Counted from the stretch's first letter, positions 8,102 through 18,810 are shown. The stretch: DNA of 36,168 nt from a bacterium (GCA_046757025.1 JBHHXN010000038.1:1-36168), one strand, 5' to 3'. Program-made: numbers and translations. Notes: a model not told the origin generated them from the sequence alone.

Positions 8102-8262
8102 TAGTGTCTGAACGAAAACGATTCTATCTTCCCGAAGGCCTCCTGGCCGAGGGTGAATTCCTGTTTGGGGCTCGGCGGGGCCAGTCCTGAGCTTTGTCGA
8201 AGGGACGCCTTAGCGAAGAGGTTTAGAAGTCGCGCATTTCTCGAGTTTTCGGTCAGACATTA
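8102..8262. mobile_element. MITE-like element with 18-bp terminal inverted repeats
   Basis: TAGTGTCTGAACGAAAAC (8102-8119) versus GTTTTCGGTCAGACATTA (8245-8262), 2 mismatches. The interior is GC-rich and non-coding and contains a REP-like hairpin GTCCTGAGCTTTGTCGAAGGGAC. Confidence 0.6.
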
Positions 8263-8632
8263 TTTAACTTGTCACCACGACCGGTGAGCTCGGTGCATAA
8301 AACGAATGGCCGCTTTCATGAGATGGTGAATGAGGGACGGAGCGCGTTCATTTCGGCATATTCCTCTACATGGCGATTGCTTAAACGAGCTTTTTGCTGC
8401 GTTCTTGGGACAATGGAGGCAGCTTTGAATTCACTTTAAGTTTCCCTCCAAATCAGACATTTTGCGAGCCATCCTGCATGGATCCGGGCCAAATTGGATT
8501 TATTCAAGGCCAGAATTTGTAAGTGTTCAGCCTGTCAATCTGCAATTGCGGGATGGTAAAACAGGCTGAACAGCTACCAGAATTTAAACGCAATCTGTTG
8601 TATTAAAAGGAATTAATTCAGGAGAAATCACC

Positions 8633-9382
8633 ATGACTAAACTCGTTTTGCTGCGACACGGTGAAAGTGTCTGGAACAAAGAAAACCGGTTCACCGGCTG
8701 GACCGATGTCGATCTTTCGGAAAAGGGTATTGAGGAAGCTAAAAATGCCGGCAGAATATTAAAAGAAAAAGGGTTTGTGTTTGATATCGCCTATACTTCG
8801 GTTTTGAAAAGAGCCATCCGAACTTTGTGGATCGCGCTGGATGAAATGGATTTGATGTGGATACCAGTGAAGCGCTCCTGGCGGTTGAATGAGCGCCATT
8901 ATGGCGATTTGCAGGGTTTAAACAAGGCTGAGATGGCGGTCAAATTTGGCGAAGAACAGGTTTTGGTCTGGCGAAGAAGTTACGACACGCCGCCGCCGGC
9001 TTTGAGCAAGTCCGATTTGCGATACCCCGGTAATGATCCAAGGTACCGTGAGCTGAACGAAAATGAGATTCCACTATCTGAGTGCCTGAAAGATACCGTA
9101 GCTCGATTTTTACCCTACTGGCACGACGAAATCGTGCCCACGATTCAAGCGGGGAAGCGGGTGTTGATTGCCGCACACGGCAACAGTTTGCGTGCGTTGG
9201 TAAAATATCTAGACAACATATCCGACGAGGAGATCGTGTCTTTGAACATCCCCACCGGCATGCCGCTGGTTTATGAGCTTAATGATGATTTGAAAGCTCT
9301 TCGCAACTATTATCTCGGTGATCCGGAAGAGGTAAAAAAAGCCATGGAGGCGGTGGCGAGACAGGGCAAAGCCGGCGGTTAG
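8633..9382 (+). CDS. gpmA: 2,3-bisphosphoglycerate-dependent phosphoglycerate mutase
   Basis: [42 protein letters not shown] and LNIPTG. Confidence 0.97.
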   Translation: MTKLVLLRHGESVWNKENRFTGWTDVDLSEKGIEEAKNAGRILKEKGFVFDIAYTSVLKRAIRTLWIALDEMDLMWIPVKRSWRLNERHYGDLQGLNKAEMAVKFGEEQVLVWRRSYDTPPPALSKSDLRYPGNDPRYRELNENEIPLSECLKDTVARFLPYWHDEIVPTIQAGKRVLIAAHGNSLRALVKYLDNISDEEIVSLNIPTGMPLVYELNDDLKALRNYYLGDPEEVKKAMEAVARQGKAGG

Positions 9383-9693
9383 AGAAAGGGGTGGTGCATC
9401 TCATGGCAAGGCATGGCTTGGCCGCCATTTTTTACCTGGCTAACTGAGTAAGTGGGTATGCAGGGTGCGCAAACCATGTGGGGCTTTTTTCTACGGGGGC
9501 GAGTTTAAATTGAATAATCCATGTTTTTAAAATCAGATCTGAGTAAACTAAAAATAGTCGTCTTCTGTTGTAGGCACGTTTGAGGTTTATTCACCATATT
9601 CATCCTGAACCTTTGCAAGGGCTCTTAGGGGATGGACAATCGCGGTTACATTTTAATCAATCATGATTCTTTTAAAAAAGTTGGAGGGAGCTT

Positions 9694-11310
9694 ATGTATG
9701 GATTAATGATGGATTACCCACTCACGATTGACCGTATTTTGGAGCATGCCAAAAATATCTATCCGCATAAACAGGTGGTAACGAAACTACCGGATGGCAG
9801 CTTTCATCGCTATGCCTTCAAAGAGTTTTATTTGCGCGTAAAAAAAATGGCCAAGGTATTGGTTAAATTGGGGGTGAAGCCCGGAGATAGAGTTGCCACA
9901 TTTGCCTGGAATAATTATCAACATCTGGAGTTGTATTACGCCATTCCTGGCTGCGGCGCCGTTTGCCATACCCTGAACATTCGACTTTTCCCGCAACAGC
10001 TCGCTTATGTCATCAACCACGCTGAAGATAAAGTCATTTTTATCGATGCGACTCTGCTGCCGGCATTTGAGCGCATCGCTGAACAGGTTGACGAGGTTAA
10101 ACATTTTGTGCTTTACAACACCGATGAGAAAGTGACAACCAAACTGCCCAACGTCTCTTTTTATGAACAGCTCATGAAAGAGGTTGATGACGATTTCAAT
10201 TGGTCGGTGCCAGATGAAAACTTGGCCATGGGATTGTGCTACACCAGCGGCACCACCGGCCATCCCAAGGGAGTGTTGTATTCGCACCGTTCCATGTATC
10301 TGCACACCCTGGGTTCCATGCAAGGCAATGCGCTGGGGTTAACAGAAGCGGATGTGGTTTTGCCCGTGGTTCCCATGTTTCATGCCATGGCCTGGGGATT
10401 TCCGTATTCCACTTTGTTTTCAGGCTCCGGCCTGGTGCTGCCCGGACCACATCTGAATCCTGCGGCGCTGGCTGAAATGATTGAAACCCACAAAGTCACC
10501 ATTCCGGCGGGGGTTCCGACAATTTGGGCCGGACTGTTTCAGGAGCTCAAAGCGCATCCGCGCGAAATTTCCTCCATTCGTAATTTAGTAGTCGGTGGAG
10601 CTGCCATGCCACAGGCGTTGATTCAGGCGTATGAAAATGAGCTGGGTGTAAACGTTTTGCATGCCTGGGGAATGACCGAAACATCGCCCCTGGGAACGGC
10701 GTCGGTGCTGCAAAGCCATCATCGCGACTTACCCCAGGAGAAAAAGTGCCAGGTCAAAGCCACACAGGGATTTGCAGTGGCAGGTATCGAAATGCGCATC
10801 ACCGACGATGCAGGCAGGGTGCTGCCCTGGGATGGACAAGCCATGGGCGAACTGCAAGTGCGCGGTGCCTGGGTGGCAAAAAGTTACTATAAATTACAAC
10901 CCACGGCGGAGCAATTTACCGCCGACGGCTGGTTTCGCACCGGCGATGTCGCCACCATCAGCGAAGATGGCTTTATGAATATAACCGATCGCACTAAAGA
11001 CCTGGTCAAAAGCGGCGGAGAGTGGATATCCAGCGTGGCACTGGAAAATTCCTTGATGGCGCATCCCAAAGTGAGTGAAGCCGCGGTCATCGCCATCCCA
11101 GATGAAAAATGGAATGAACGACCGCTGGCGGTAGTAGTGGCTGACGAGACCGTTGAGGCAAGCGATTTACGTGAATTTTTAGCTGAAAAACATGAAAAAT
11201 TCTGGCTACCTGATAAATTCGTTTTTATTGAAGAAATTCCCAAAACCAGCGTTGGCAAATATGACAAGAAAGTGCTGCGTGAATACTACAAAAAGGGTCA
11301 ACTGGTTTGA
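9694..11310 (+). CDS. Medium/long-chain fatty acid--CoA ligase (AlkK/DmdB-like ANL-family adenylating enzyme)
   Basis: AMP-binding [41 protein letters not shown] and PKTSVGK. Confidence 0.92.
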   Translation: MYGLMMDYPLTIDRILEHAKNIYPHKQVVTKLPDGSFHRYAFKEFYLRVKKMAKVLVKLGVKPGDRVATFAWNNYQHLELYYAIPGCGAVCHTLNIRLFPQQLAYVINHAEDKVIFIDATLLPAFERIAEQVDEVKHFVLYNTDEKVTTKLPNVSFYEQLMKEVDDDFNWSVPDENLAMGLCYTSGTTGHPKGVLYSHRSMYLHTLGSMQGNALGLTEADVVLPVVPMFHAMAWGFPYSTLFSGSGLVLPGPHLNPAALAEMIETHKVTIPAGVPTIWAGLFQELKAHPREISSIRNLVVGGAAMPQALIQAYENELGVNVLHAWGMTETSPLGTASVLQSHHRDLPQEKKCQVKATQGFAVAGIEMRITDDAGRVLPWDGQAMGELQVRGAWVAKSYYKLQPTAEQFTADGWFRTGDVATISEDGFMNITDRTKDLVKSGGEWISSVALENSLMAHPKVSEAAVIAIPDEKWNERPLAVVVADETVEASDLREFLAEKHEKFWLPDKFVFIEEIPKTSVGKYDKKVLREYYKKGQLV

Positions 11311-12755
11311 TGATAGAACGCATCAAAATGTTAGAAAAAATATCCCGCCAATTGGAGCTGGATGCCGAAGACCGGGCGGATTTATTCGCGAAAGTTCAGG
11401 CCTACACAGACGATTTTATTCATCAGATTTTCAACTCACCGGCCTATCAGGTGAGTCAGGACAAAGGCCTGGGATTGCTCGATTCCCCCATTTCCGAGTC
11501 TCCCATCGATATGGACGCCGCTCTGCAGCTCTTAAAAGAGCATGTGGATGGGCCTGGCTTGAACCCTGCTTCAGCAGGGCATTTGGGGTACATCCCCGGC
11601 GGCGGTATCGTGCACTCGGCTTTCGGCGATTTTCTGGCTGATTTTACGAACCGATATGCCGGGGTGTTTTATGCCGGACCAGGCGCCGTACGCATGGAAA
11701 ACATGCTGCTGGATTGGATGGCGGAAATCATCGGCTACCCAAAAGAGGCAGCCGGTAATTTGACTTCCGGCGGTAGCATCGCCAATTTAGTCGCCATTGT
11801 GACTGCCCGAGACGCTCACAACCTGCAGGCACAGGAATTTGACAAATCGGTGGTTTACCTGTCTGAACAAGTGCATCATTCCGTGGAAAAGGCATTGCGA
11901 ATTGCGGGACTCAAATCGTGTATAAAACGCTATGTTCCGCTGGACGAAAAATTTCGTATGCGAGCAGACGCTTTGGAGCAGATTATTCTCAGAGATAAAA
12001 AAGCCAGCTTGTATCCCTGGCTGGTCGTCGCTTCCGCTGGCACTACGGATTCCGGCGCCGTGGATCCGCTGACGGCCCTTGGTGAAATTGCCGACCATTA
12101 TAATTTGTGGTACCATGTGGATGGCGCCTACGGGGCGTTTTTTGTTTTGTGCGACGAAGGCAAAAAAATGGTTCAGGGGATGGACAAGGCGCATTCTGTG
12201 GTCATGGATCCGCACAAAGGTTTGTTTTTGCCTTATGGCAGCGGAGCGGTACTGGTAAAAGACCGCTACGCATTGTTTGATGCCCATTATTATATGCCAA
12301 ATTATCTGCAGGATTCACTCAATACCCGCGATGAGCTCTCACCTGCCGATCTTTCTCCCGAGCTCACCAAACCCTTTCGTGGATTGCGATTATGGCTGCC
12401 GTTGAAGCTGCTGGGACTGGCGCCGTTTCGCGCAGCCCTGGAGGAAAAAATGATGCTGGCGCGCTATTTTCATGAAAAAATTCAGAAAATCGACGGCTTT
12501 GAAGTCGGACCTTATCCCGACCTCTCGGTGGTAACTTACCGCTATTGTCCCAAACGCGGCGATGCCAACGAGTTTAATCAAAAGCTCGTGCAGGAAGTCT
12601 TGAACGATGGGCGGGTGTTTCTGTCTTCCACCATGCTCGAAGGAAAGTTTACCCTGCGTTTAGCGGTGCTGGCATTCCGAACGCATTTGCAGACCATTGA
12701 CCTGACGCTGGAAATTCTGGAAAAATCAGTTAAAAAAATCGAATGTCAGGGTTAA
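11310..12755 (+). CDS. Group II PLP-dependent decarboxylase (aromatic L-amino-acid decarboxylase-like)
   Basis: TSGGSIANL, AGTTDSGAVD, HVDGAYG and the PLP lysine in DPHKGLF. The ATG at 11310 overlaps the upstream TGA (TGATG); the ORF track starts one codon earlier at TTG 11307. Confidence 0.9.
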   Translation: MIERIKMLEKISRQLELDAEDRADLFAKVQAYTDDFIHQIFNSPAYQVSQDKGLGLLDSPISESPIDMDAALQLLKEHVDGPGLNPASAGHLGYIPGGGIVHSAFGDFLADFTNRYAGVFYAGPGAVRMENMLLDWMAEIIGYPKEAAGNLTSGGSIANLVAIVTARDAHNLQAQEFDKSVVYLSEQVHHSVEKALRIAGLKSCIKRYVPLDEKFRMRADALEQIILRDKKASLYPWLVVASAGTTDSGAVDPLTALGEIADHYNLWYHVDGAYGAFFVLCDEGKKMVQGMDKAHSVVMDPHKGLFLPYGSGAVLVKDRYALFDAHYYMPNYLQDSLNTRDELSPADLSPELTKPFRGLRLWLPLKLLGLAPFRAALEEKMMLARYFHEKIQKIDGFEVGPYPDLSVVTYRYCPKRGDANEFNQKLVQEVLNDGRVFLSSTMLEGKFTLRLAVLAFRTHLQTIDLTLEILEKSVKKIECQG

Positions 12756-12854
12756 AATACGATACAACTGTTCGTTTACTTTACCAGCATCCATAAACGG
12801 AACCCCGCAATTGCGCTTAAATCGGCGTTACCAACTTTCTATTTAACCCCTCAC

Positions 12855-15800
12855 CTATTTCACCAGCATTAATTTTTTAACGATCTGCTGATCTCCCATC
12901 TGAATTTTGTAGAGGTACAAACCCGATGCGACGATGCGGCCGTGTTGATCGCGACCGTCCCACGACCGGCTGTAAATTCCAGGAGACAGATGCCCTTGGT
13001 AGAGTGTGGCGATCTTTTCGCCGCGAGTGTTGAACAGGGTCAAAGTGATGTCAGAAGCTTCTGGAACGGCAAATTGGATTTTGGTTTCTAAATTGAACGG
13101 ATTGGGAAAGTTTTGAAAGAGCTCGAATTTCTCCGGTTTCAGGTCCGACTCAGAATCAACCGAAACGTCCGATACCATCATATTGATCTTGAACATTTCA
13201 TCGCTTACGTCTGGAGGAAACACGCCATTGACATCGGATATGCGTACCCGGGCGCTGTCTGATTTGAGGACCGGCACGGTCCACGGGTGACGGCCGTTGT
13301 TTGGCAGATTGTCTGCGATGAGCTGCCAGCTTTTACCGTTGTCCAGTGTAAATTCTAGCTTGACTTGTTCGATGACGCCGGTGGAGTGCCAGGTTATGAA
13401 ATACTCCTCTTCGCTATTCCAGACCTCTCCGCCGTTGGGAGCGGTGATGGTCAGACTGGAGTTAATAATGCTGAAAACCGCATCAGAAGTATCCTTTGGC
13501 GTACCATCTTTTGCGTCAGAAATTATTAAACGTGCTTGGTTGGTTTTAACGTTAGGCACCTGCCAGTTAAATCTGCTGGTATTGGGCAGTGCGTTTTTTA
13601 CAACCGACCAGGTGCCGCCATTATCGGCAGAGAATTCGATTTTTACGGAATCGACGGCGCCGGATGTATTCCATTTCACCTCCGTATGCATCCCTCCGAG
13701 CAAGATTTCGTTGCCGTTGGGATAGCTGAGAGCAAGGGTGGATTTTTCTATGGTAAAAACTGTCTGGCTTTCATCCAACGGAAACCCGTCACTGGCTCGT
13801 GAGATGCGGACCTTTGCGCTGTCGGTTTGAATTTCTGGCACCAGCCAGGGGTAGCTGCCTGCGTTTACAACTGCGGCTGCGATGGTGGTCCAATTTGCGC
13901 CGTTGTTTTGGGAAAAATCAATTTTTACAGAATCGATGGGGCCTTGCCAGGTCCAGCTGATCATTTGTGTACTGCCGCCAAACCACATTTCTCCGCCGTC
14001 AGGCGAAATCAGGGATAGCTCTGGTTGTAGAATGACGAAAGAGCCATTGGAGGTGTCCGCTGGCGTTCCATCCTGGGCATCCGAAATGCGCACCAGCGCT
14101 TCCGATGCTAATAAATCCGGCGCAATGCTCCAAAGGTATTTGCCGTTGTTGGGAGTTTTGGTGGAGATGGACGCCCAGTTTGTTCCGTTGTCTGGCGAAT
14201 ATTCTATTTGCACGGAATCGATGGAGCCAGTGGCTAACCAGACGATTTCGTGCGTGCTCCCGGCATACCAAGCTTCACCGCCGTTGGGCGAAATTAAGGT
14301 AAGATTGGCGCCTAAAATGGTAAACACGTCGTCGCTGACGTCGGATGGTGCACCGTCCGCAGCGTCTGAAATACGGACCAGGGCGGTGGTGGAATGAAGA
14401 TGGGGGAGCTGCCAGAAATAACTGCCGTTGTTTGGAGCATTGGTCGTTTCAGTAACCCAGTTGGCGCCGTTGTCTAAGGAGTATTCAATTTTAATTTCGT
14501 TGATTTGACCATACGACGTCCAACTGATTTTTTGCGTGCTCCCCTCGGGCCAGGCTTCGGGTCCGTTGGGAGTGAGCAGAGTTAGCCTGGCGCCTTCAAC
14601 TTGAAATGTGGCATCGCTTTCATCGGAGGGTGCTCCGTCGGTGGCGTCCGAGACGCGTATCTTACTGCTGTCCGCTTTGGCGTCCGGAACAGTCCAGGAA
14701 TAGCTACCCGTATTTGAAACCGCCGACTCGACAATCTGCCAGTTTTGGCCATTGTCTGTCGAGAACTCGATTTTTATGAAATCTATCAAACCTTGGGCCT
14801 GCCAGGAAATGGTTTGCGTGCTCCCACCTGTCCAGATCTCACCGCCGTTGGGAGTTAGTAGCACAATGATTGATTTTACGATGAAAAAAACGTCGTTTGA
14901 AGCATCGACCACCGCCGGGTCATCTGAAGCAGAAATGCGAATCAGCCCGTTTTCGGTTGCCGTACTGGAAACACTCCAGGAGTAGCTGCCGTTATTGGGA
15001 GCATTAAATGCAAGAGTTTGCCAGGTGCTGCCATTGTCAGGGGAGTATTCAATCTTGACATTGGCAATGTCGCCTGTATGCTCCCACTGAATAGTTTGTG
15101 CAGAGCCGGCTTCGTATTTTTCACCGCCATTGGGTTCAAGTACTGTGATAGATTTGGGAACGATGGGCGATGTTAGGATTTCATACCAAATCACTTTGTC
15201 GTTGCGGGTGACAATGGCGATGTCGTCATCCCCATCTTTGTCAAAGTCGGCCACGGCCGTTCCCCGCGGCCGGGTTTCGTTGCCATCTAAAATAAAAGCG
15301 GTGAAGTTTTCATTGCCGTCGTTCAGCCAGTAGCTGATTTTATTCGGTACGAAACCAGCGGCCACGATATCCTGATCACCATCCAGATCAAAATCACCGA
15401 CAGCGGCGGACCAGGTTTCACCGTACTCTGCGTGCACGTTGCGCTCCGAAAAATTCGAACCGCTATTGTTTTTGAACCAATCGATGTCGCCATTATTGCG
15501 CTGGTTTCTCAACACATCCTTATAACCATCGCCGTTGACATCCGCAGCATAAACAAAAAAAGTTCCAAAAGAGCCAATGTCATTTCTGGTGAAATTTCCG
15601 TTTCCGCGATTTTTCCACCAGGAAGTTTTGCCGCCGCCGCCAGCGAGAATGTCGATGTCGCCATCGTTGTCCAGATCCGCTGCGTGCACCGAGTGCGCCG
15701 CATTAAAACCGTTATCGAGCACGTGGCGGGTGAAGGCTTGCTGACCGTTGTTTTCCAACCAGAATATTTCTTTGCTGCCCCAGGCTGCGGCGAGAATGTC

Positions 15801-16277
15801 GATATCGTTATCGTTATCGAGATCCACGGAATAAATGGATTGCGGTTCCACACTGGCGTTATCTACCAGGCGTTTGCGAAAATTGTTGCTGCCGCGGTTT
15901 TCCCACCAGGTCACCTCATTCAGGTCGGCGGAACAGGCGACCACGTCCAGGTCGCCGTCGTTGTCAACGTCATTGGCGTGTACCGACCAGGCGCCGTCAA
16001 AATTATCGGTGATGTTTTGTCTGGTAAAATTACCGCTACCGTCGTTTTCATACCATTTCAAGTCCGACCGCAAAGCCGCGGCAACGATATCGACGTCGCC
16101 ATCCTGATCAAAATCGATGGCGTGAATCCAATACCCCCCGTCAAAGACAGTGTCGATGACATGTTTGTCTTTTTGAATTTGCGAGTAAGCCTGGTAATTT
16201 GTCCCCGCAATGATCAGAGTGCACAAAATAACGTTACTGGCAAAATTCATATTCATGGTACCAATCCCTTTCATCAC
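12855..16277 (-). CDS. Secreted FG-GAP/VCBS beta-propeller protein with seven Ig-like repeats and an FlgD-Ig/T9SS-type C-terminal sorting domain
   Basis: Signal peptide; repeated D-[FLV]-D-x-D-G-D-x-D-I motifs; seven ~94-aa PNGGE...DNG..W repeats; C-terminal QNFPNPFN...WDGRD..G..VASGLYLY. The exact start is uncertain and may be a few codons later. Confidence 0.88.
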   Translation of the reverse strand: MMKGIGTMNMNFASNVILCTLIIAGTNYQAYSQIQKDKHVIDTVFDGGYWIHAIDFDQDGDVDIVAAALRSDLKWYENDGSGNFTRQNITDNFDGAWSVHANDVDNDGDLDVVACSADLNEVTWWENRGSNNFRKRLVDNASVEPQSIYSVDLDNDNDIDILAAAWGSKEIFWLENNGQQAFTRHVLDNGFNAAHSVHAADLDNDGDIDILAGGGGKTSWWKNRGNGNFTRNDIGSFGTFFVYAADVNGDGYKDVLRNQRNNGDIDWFKNNSGSNFSERNVHAEYGETWSAAVGDFDLDGDQDIVAAGFVPNKISYWLNDGNENFTAFILDGNETRPRGTAVADFDKDGDDDIAIVTRNDKVIWYEILTSPIVPKSITVLEPNGGEKYEAGSAQTIQWEHTGDIANVKIEYSPDNGSTWQTLAFNAPNNGSYSWSVSSTATENGLIRISASDDPAVVDASNDVFFIVKSIIVLLTPNGGEIWTGGSTQTISWQAQGLIDFIKIEFSTDNGQNWQIVESAVSNTGSYSWTVPDAKADSSKIRVSDATDGAPSDESDATFQVEGARLTLLTPNGPEAWPEGSTQKISWTSYGQINEIKIEYSLDNGANWVTETTNAPNNGSYFWQLPHLHSTTALVRISDAADGAPSDVSDDVFTILGANLTLISPNGGEAWYAGSTHEIVWLATGSIDSVQIEYSPDNGTNWASISTKTPNNGKYLWSIAPDLLASEALVRISDAQDGTPADTSNGSFVILQPELSLISPDGGEMWFGGSTQMISWTWQGPIDSVKIDFSQNNGANWTTIAAAVVNAGSYPWLVPEIQTDSAKVRISRASDGFPLDESQTVFTIEKSTLALSYPNGNEILLGGMHTEVKWNTSGAVDSVKIEFSADNGGTWSVVKNALPNTSRFNWQVPNVKTNQARLIISDAKDGTPKDTSDAVFSIINSSLTITAPNGGEVWNSEEEYFITWHSTGVIEQVKLEFTLDNGKSWQLIADNLPNNGRHPWTVPVLKSDSARVRISDVNGVFPPDVSDEMFKINMMVSDVSVDSESDLKPEKFELFQNFPNPFNLETKIQFAVPEASDITLTLFNTRGEKIATLYQGHLSPGIYSRSWDGRDQHGRIVASGLYLYKIQMGDQQIVKKLMLVK

Positions 16278-16550
16278 CTCAAATACAAGTTCGTTATGAC
16301 ATCTTCATCTTTTGATCACTTTGATATTCGTTAAAATCCTATTTATTATACCTGCAAATGATTTTATGTGCTGACACGGCAGCATCAAGAGTACGTTTGA
16401 ATCTCCTTCATCTATTAGGGCCTGCTATTTTTATCGACCGAAGATTTAAAAAAATAAAACACTTAACCAAGATTGATTTACTGGCGCGGATACCGAGGAA
16501 CACGATACGAAACCACATTATGAAGTTCAACCCAAAACGAGACAGAACGA

Positions 16551-16769
16551 TTGGCTTTTAGCTTTTAACCATTGGTAATTAATTTTTTGATATTTACGTT
16601 GAGACTATCATTTCATCCGGTCGGCTGGTCTGCGTCTGCCTATGCCGGCACGGCAGACAGGTGTAACGTACAGGCAGATGCGTTACAAAAACCATTTTAG
16701 CTAATTGGGTTTTATGAGCTAACTGACAACGGCTAATAGCGAATCGCTTAATTTAGGGCTGAAAAAATC
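16551..16769 (+). repeat. Dispersed ~220-bp palindrome-rich repeat, copy 1
   Basis: Aligns to the reverse complement of 31541-31758 with about 33 differences in ~219 columns by manual alignment. Core hairpin GTCTGCCTATGCCGGCACGGCAGAC. Confidence 0.92.
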
Positions 16770-16914
16770 ATTGCTTTCTATTTCAGGCTTTCTAAATTAA
16801 CCATTACCCAACTTTCTGAAATAAAACTCCAGCTTCTGACTTTAACTGCTCCCAGTCAACCTTTTTTCTAACAGACGTTTTGGAAAATTGTGAATAAACG
16901 GGTTATTCAAAAAA

Positions 16915-18255
16915 TTGATTAATTCAAGAGGGCGTTCCTTTGTGCGAAAAAAGATGTTCATCAAAGTCTATTTTCTGATTTTCATTTCATGCGGACTGAG
17001 CAGCCAATTGCTTTTTAGCCAGCAGGTACGGCCTTCTCTTTACGGGAAAATATTAAAAGAAATCAAAATCATCGGAGCCAAATATACCAAACGCGACATC
17101 ATCACGCGTGAGCTCGCTTCAAAAATTGGGAAACCATACTTGCAAGAAAATGCCGAAAAAGATTTTGCCAGATTAGATAATCTGGATATTTGTAGTTACA
17201 TTCAAATCACACCGGTAGAAATGAATGATGGCGTTGCGCTGCAAATTGAAGTCAAGGAAATATTTCCGTATTTACCATTTTTTAGCTACGAAGTGACCGA
17301 CGAAAACGGCTTTGCTGCCGGCCCCGGTTTTCAATCGGTGAACATGCTCGGTCGAGATATTTTTTTTACCGGCTCGGTTAGGATTGGCGGCGCCACCAAT
17401 ATCAATGTTTTTGTCGATCATCCCTGGATCACCGGCAATCATCTCTCCTTCACCGGCGCGTTTTTTCAAAGAGATAGATTTAATGAGCTGGATAAATTCA
17501 ACGAAACCGCCACCGAGCTCCACGTTCAAATGGGCGGCTACGTCGGAGAAAAAGGCCGAGCGGGCGTACGCCTTGCTTTTATATCCATAAAAAGCGATTC
17601 AGCCGGGCGAACTTTATCCGCGGATAACGGAGATTTTTTACCAACCCTGGGAGTGTTTCTGGGCTTTGACAGCCGCGACCTCTGGTCTAATCCGCATCGC
17701 GGTTGGTGGAACGAGTTTGAAATTTCCCGAAGCGGGGGCTTTTTAGGCGGAGACGGAGATTTCTGGTCGTTTAGTCTGGATGTCAGAAAGTATATTCCCA
17801 TCGTTAACAACCACACTTTGGCTTTATTTTCACTCACTACCCTCAGGACCGGCGCGGTGGGCAAAGAGATTCCACCGCATCAGGATTTTCACATTGGCGG
17901 CACCAACAGTGTGCGCGGCTGGGAATTGGATGCAAAACGCGGTAAAAATCAGTTTATCAATACGGCCGAATACCGAGTCACTGTCATAAAACCAAACGTA
18001 TTAAATTTATATGGCTTGACGGCGGACGTGGGACTTCAGGTGGCTTTATTCGGCGATTTGGGGCTGGCATGGAATAAATCCGCTGAGATAGAAAAAAGCC
18101 GATTCATTGGGGGATACGGCTTCGGTATTCGATTCCTGGTGCCGTTTGTAAATATGTTTCGTTTTGATTTTGGACTGGGGGCGCCGGGCCAGAGTTTCCG
18201 GCTGCATATCGGTTCCTTTGAAAAACCGGTCGCTCAGCGATTTCGAGTTAGATGA
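16915..18255 (+). CDS. Omp85 (BamA/TamA)-family outer-membrane protein with a single POTRA domain
   Basis: Signal peptide; POTRA-like IKIIGAKYTKRDIITREL...VKE; GFDSRD...PHRG; lid-loop motif IGGTNSVRGW; terminal strands GYGFGIRF...FRFDFG. The start may be ATG 16954. Confidence 0.85.
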   Translation: MINSRGRSFVRKKMFIKVYFLIFISCGLSSQLLFSQQVRPSLYGKILKEIKIIGAKYTKRDIITRELASKIGKPYLQENAEKDFARLDNLDICSYIQITPVEMNDGVALQIEVKEIFPYLPFFSYEVTDENGFAAGPGFQSVNMLGRDIFFTGSVRIGGATNINVFVDHPWITGNHLSFTGAFFQRDRFNELDKFNETATELHVQMGGYVGEKGRAGVRLAFISIKSDSAGRTLSADNGDFLPTLGVFLGFDSRDLWSNPHRGWWNEFEISRSGGFLGGDGDFWSFSLDVRKYIPIVNNHTLALFSLTTLRTGAVGKEIPPHQDFHIGGTNSVRGWELDAKRGKNQFINTAEYRVTVIKPNVLNLYGLTADVGLQVALFGDLGLAWNKSAEIEKSRFIGGYGFGIRFLVPFVNMFRFDFGLGAPGQSFRLHIGSFEKPVAQRFRVR

Positions 18256-18307
18256 ACCGCAAGAAGTGTGAGGAGATTGTATTGCTGATGAAACTTAAAG
18301 GGTTCTT

Positions 18308-18574
18308 TCATTTCATAAATTTTCGATACTTGTTTTTGATGTGATCTGAATGGCCGTTTTTTGATTCAGAAAGGTTTTTGACTGAAATGATGCGGTTGTC
18401 TTCTAAGTCTATGTGAATTTTTATCGATTGATTTTTTATTTGTTCGATGAAAATAGCCTGAGTATGTGGTGTATAAAATTCGACGGTTAAATTGTTGGGG
18501 TCTAAGCTGAATTGTTTAGCAATCTGCTGAAAATCTTTCTTATAATTCTTGTACTGGGGAACTGAAAATTCCAT
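18308..18574 (-). CDS. Hypothetical protein (88 aa)
   Basis: ATG with a good GGAGG RBS, filling an intergenic gap; no recognised motif. Confidence 0.6.
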   Translation of the reverse strand: MEFSVPQYKNYKKDFQQIAKQFSLDPNNLTVEFYTPHTQAIFIEQIKNQSIKIHIDLEDNRIISVKNLSESKNGHSDHIKNKYRKFMK

Positions 18575-18810
18575 TTTACTATTTCCTCCGTGTTAGATTT
18601 TTATGATTAGGATGCCATTGGTAGTACCTGAAAATTAGCGCATTTGCAGAAAAGGTTGTTTTAGTGTCAAACGCAAATTAATACTTATTTTCGTTAGAAG
18701 CAATCGAAAAAAAAGAAAGTTGGTGTTTCCTCAGCTCTGGTGGATTCACTCGTTGTGGACGCATGTCAAAAAATATTGCATTTTTTTTGGTGAGTCTTTT
18801 GAAATTATTT

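Noticed and set aside
7791..8111. 106-aa ORF overlapping the ferritin 3' end
   Set aside because: Out-of-frame overlap, no RBS, no recognisable motif, and it ends inside the MITE-like repeat.
13190..15160. CRISPR array or DNA tandem repeat
   Set aside because: The periodicity (~280 nt) comes from diverged protein domain repeats. No identical 25-45 nt repeats with spacers occur anywhere in the window.
15432..16334. 300-aa plus-strand ORF
   Set aside because: Antisense shadow of the FG-GAP repeat region; its composition mirrors the repeated Asp/Gly codons of the real gene.
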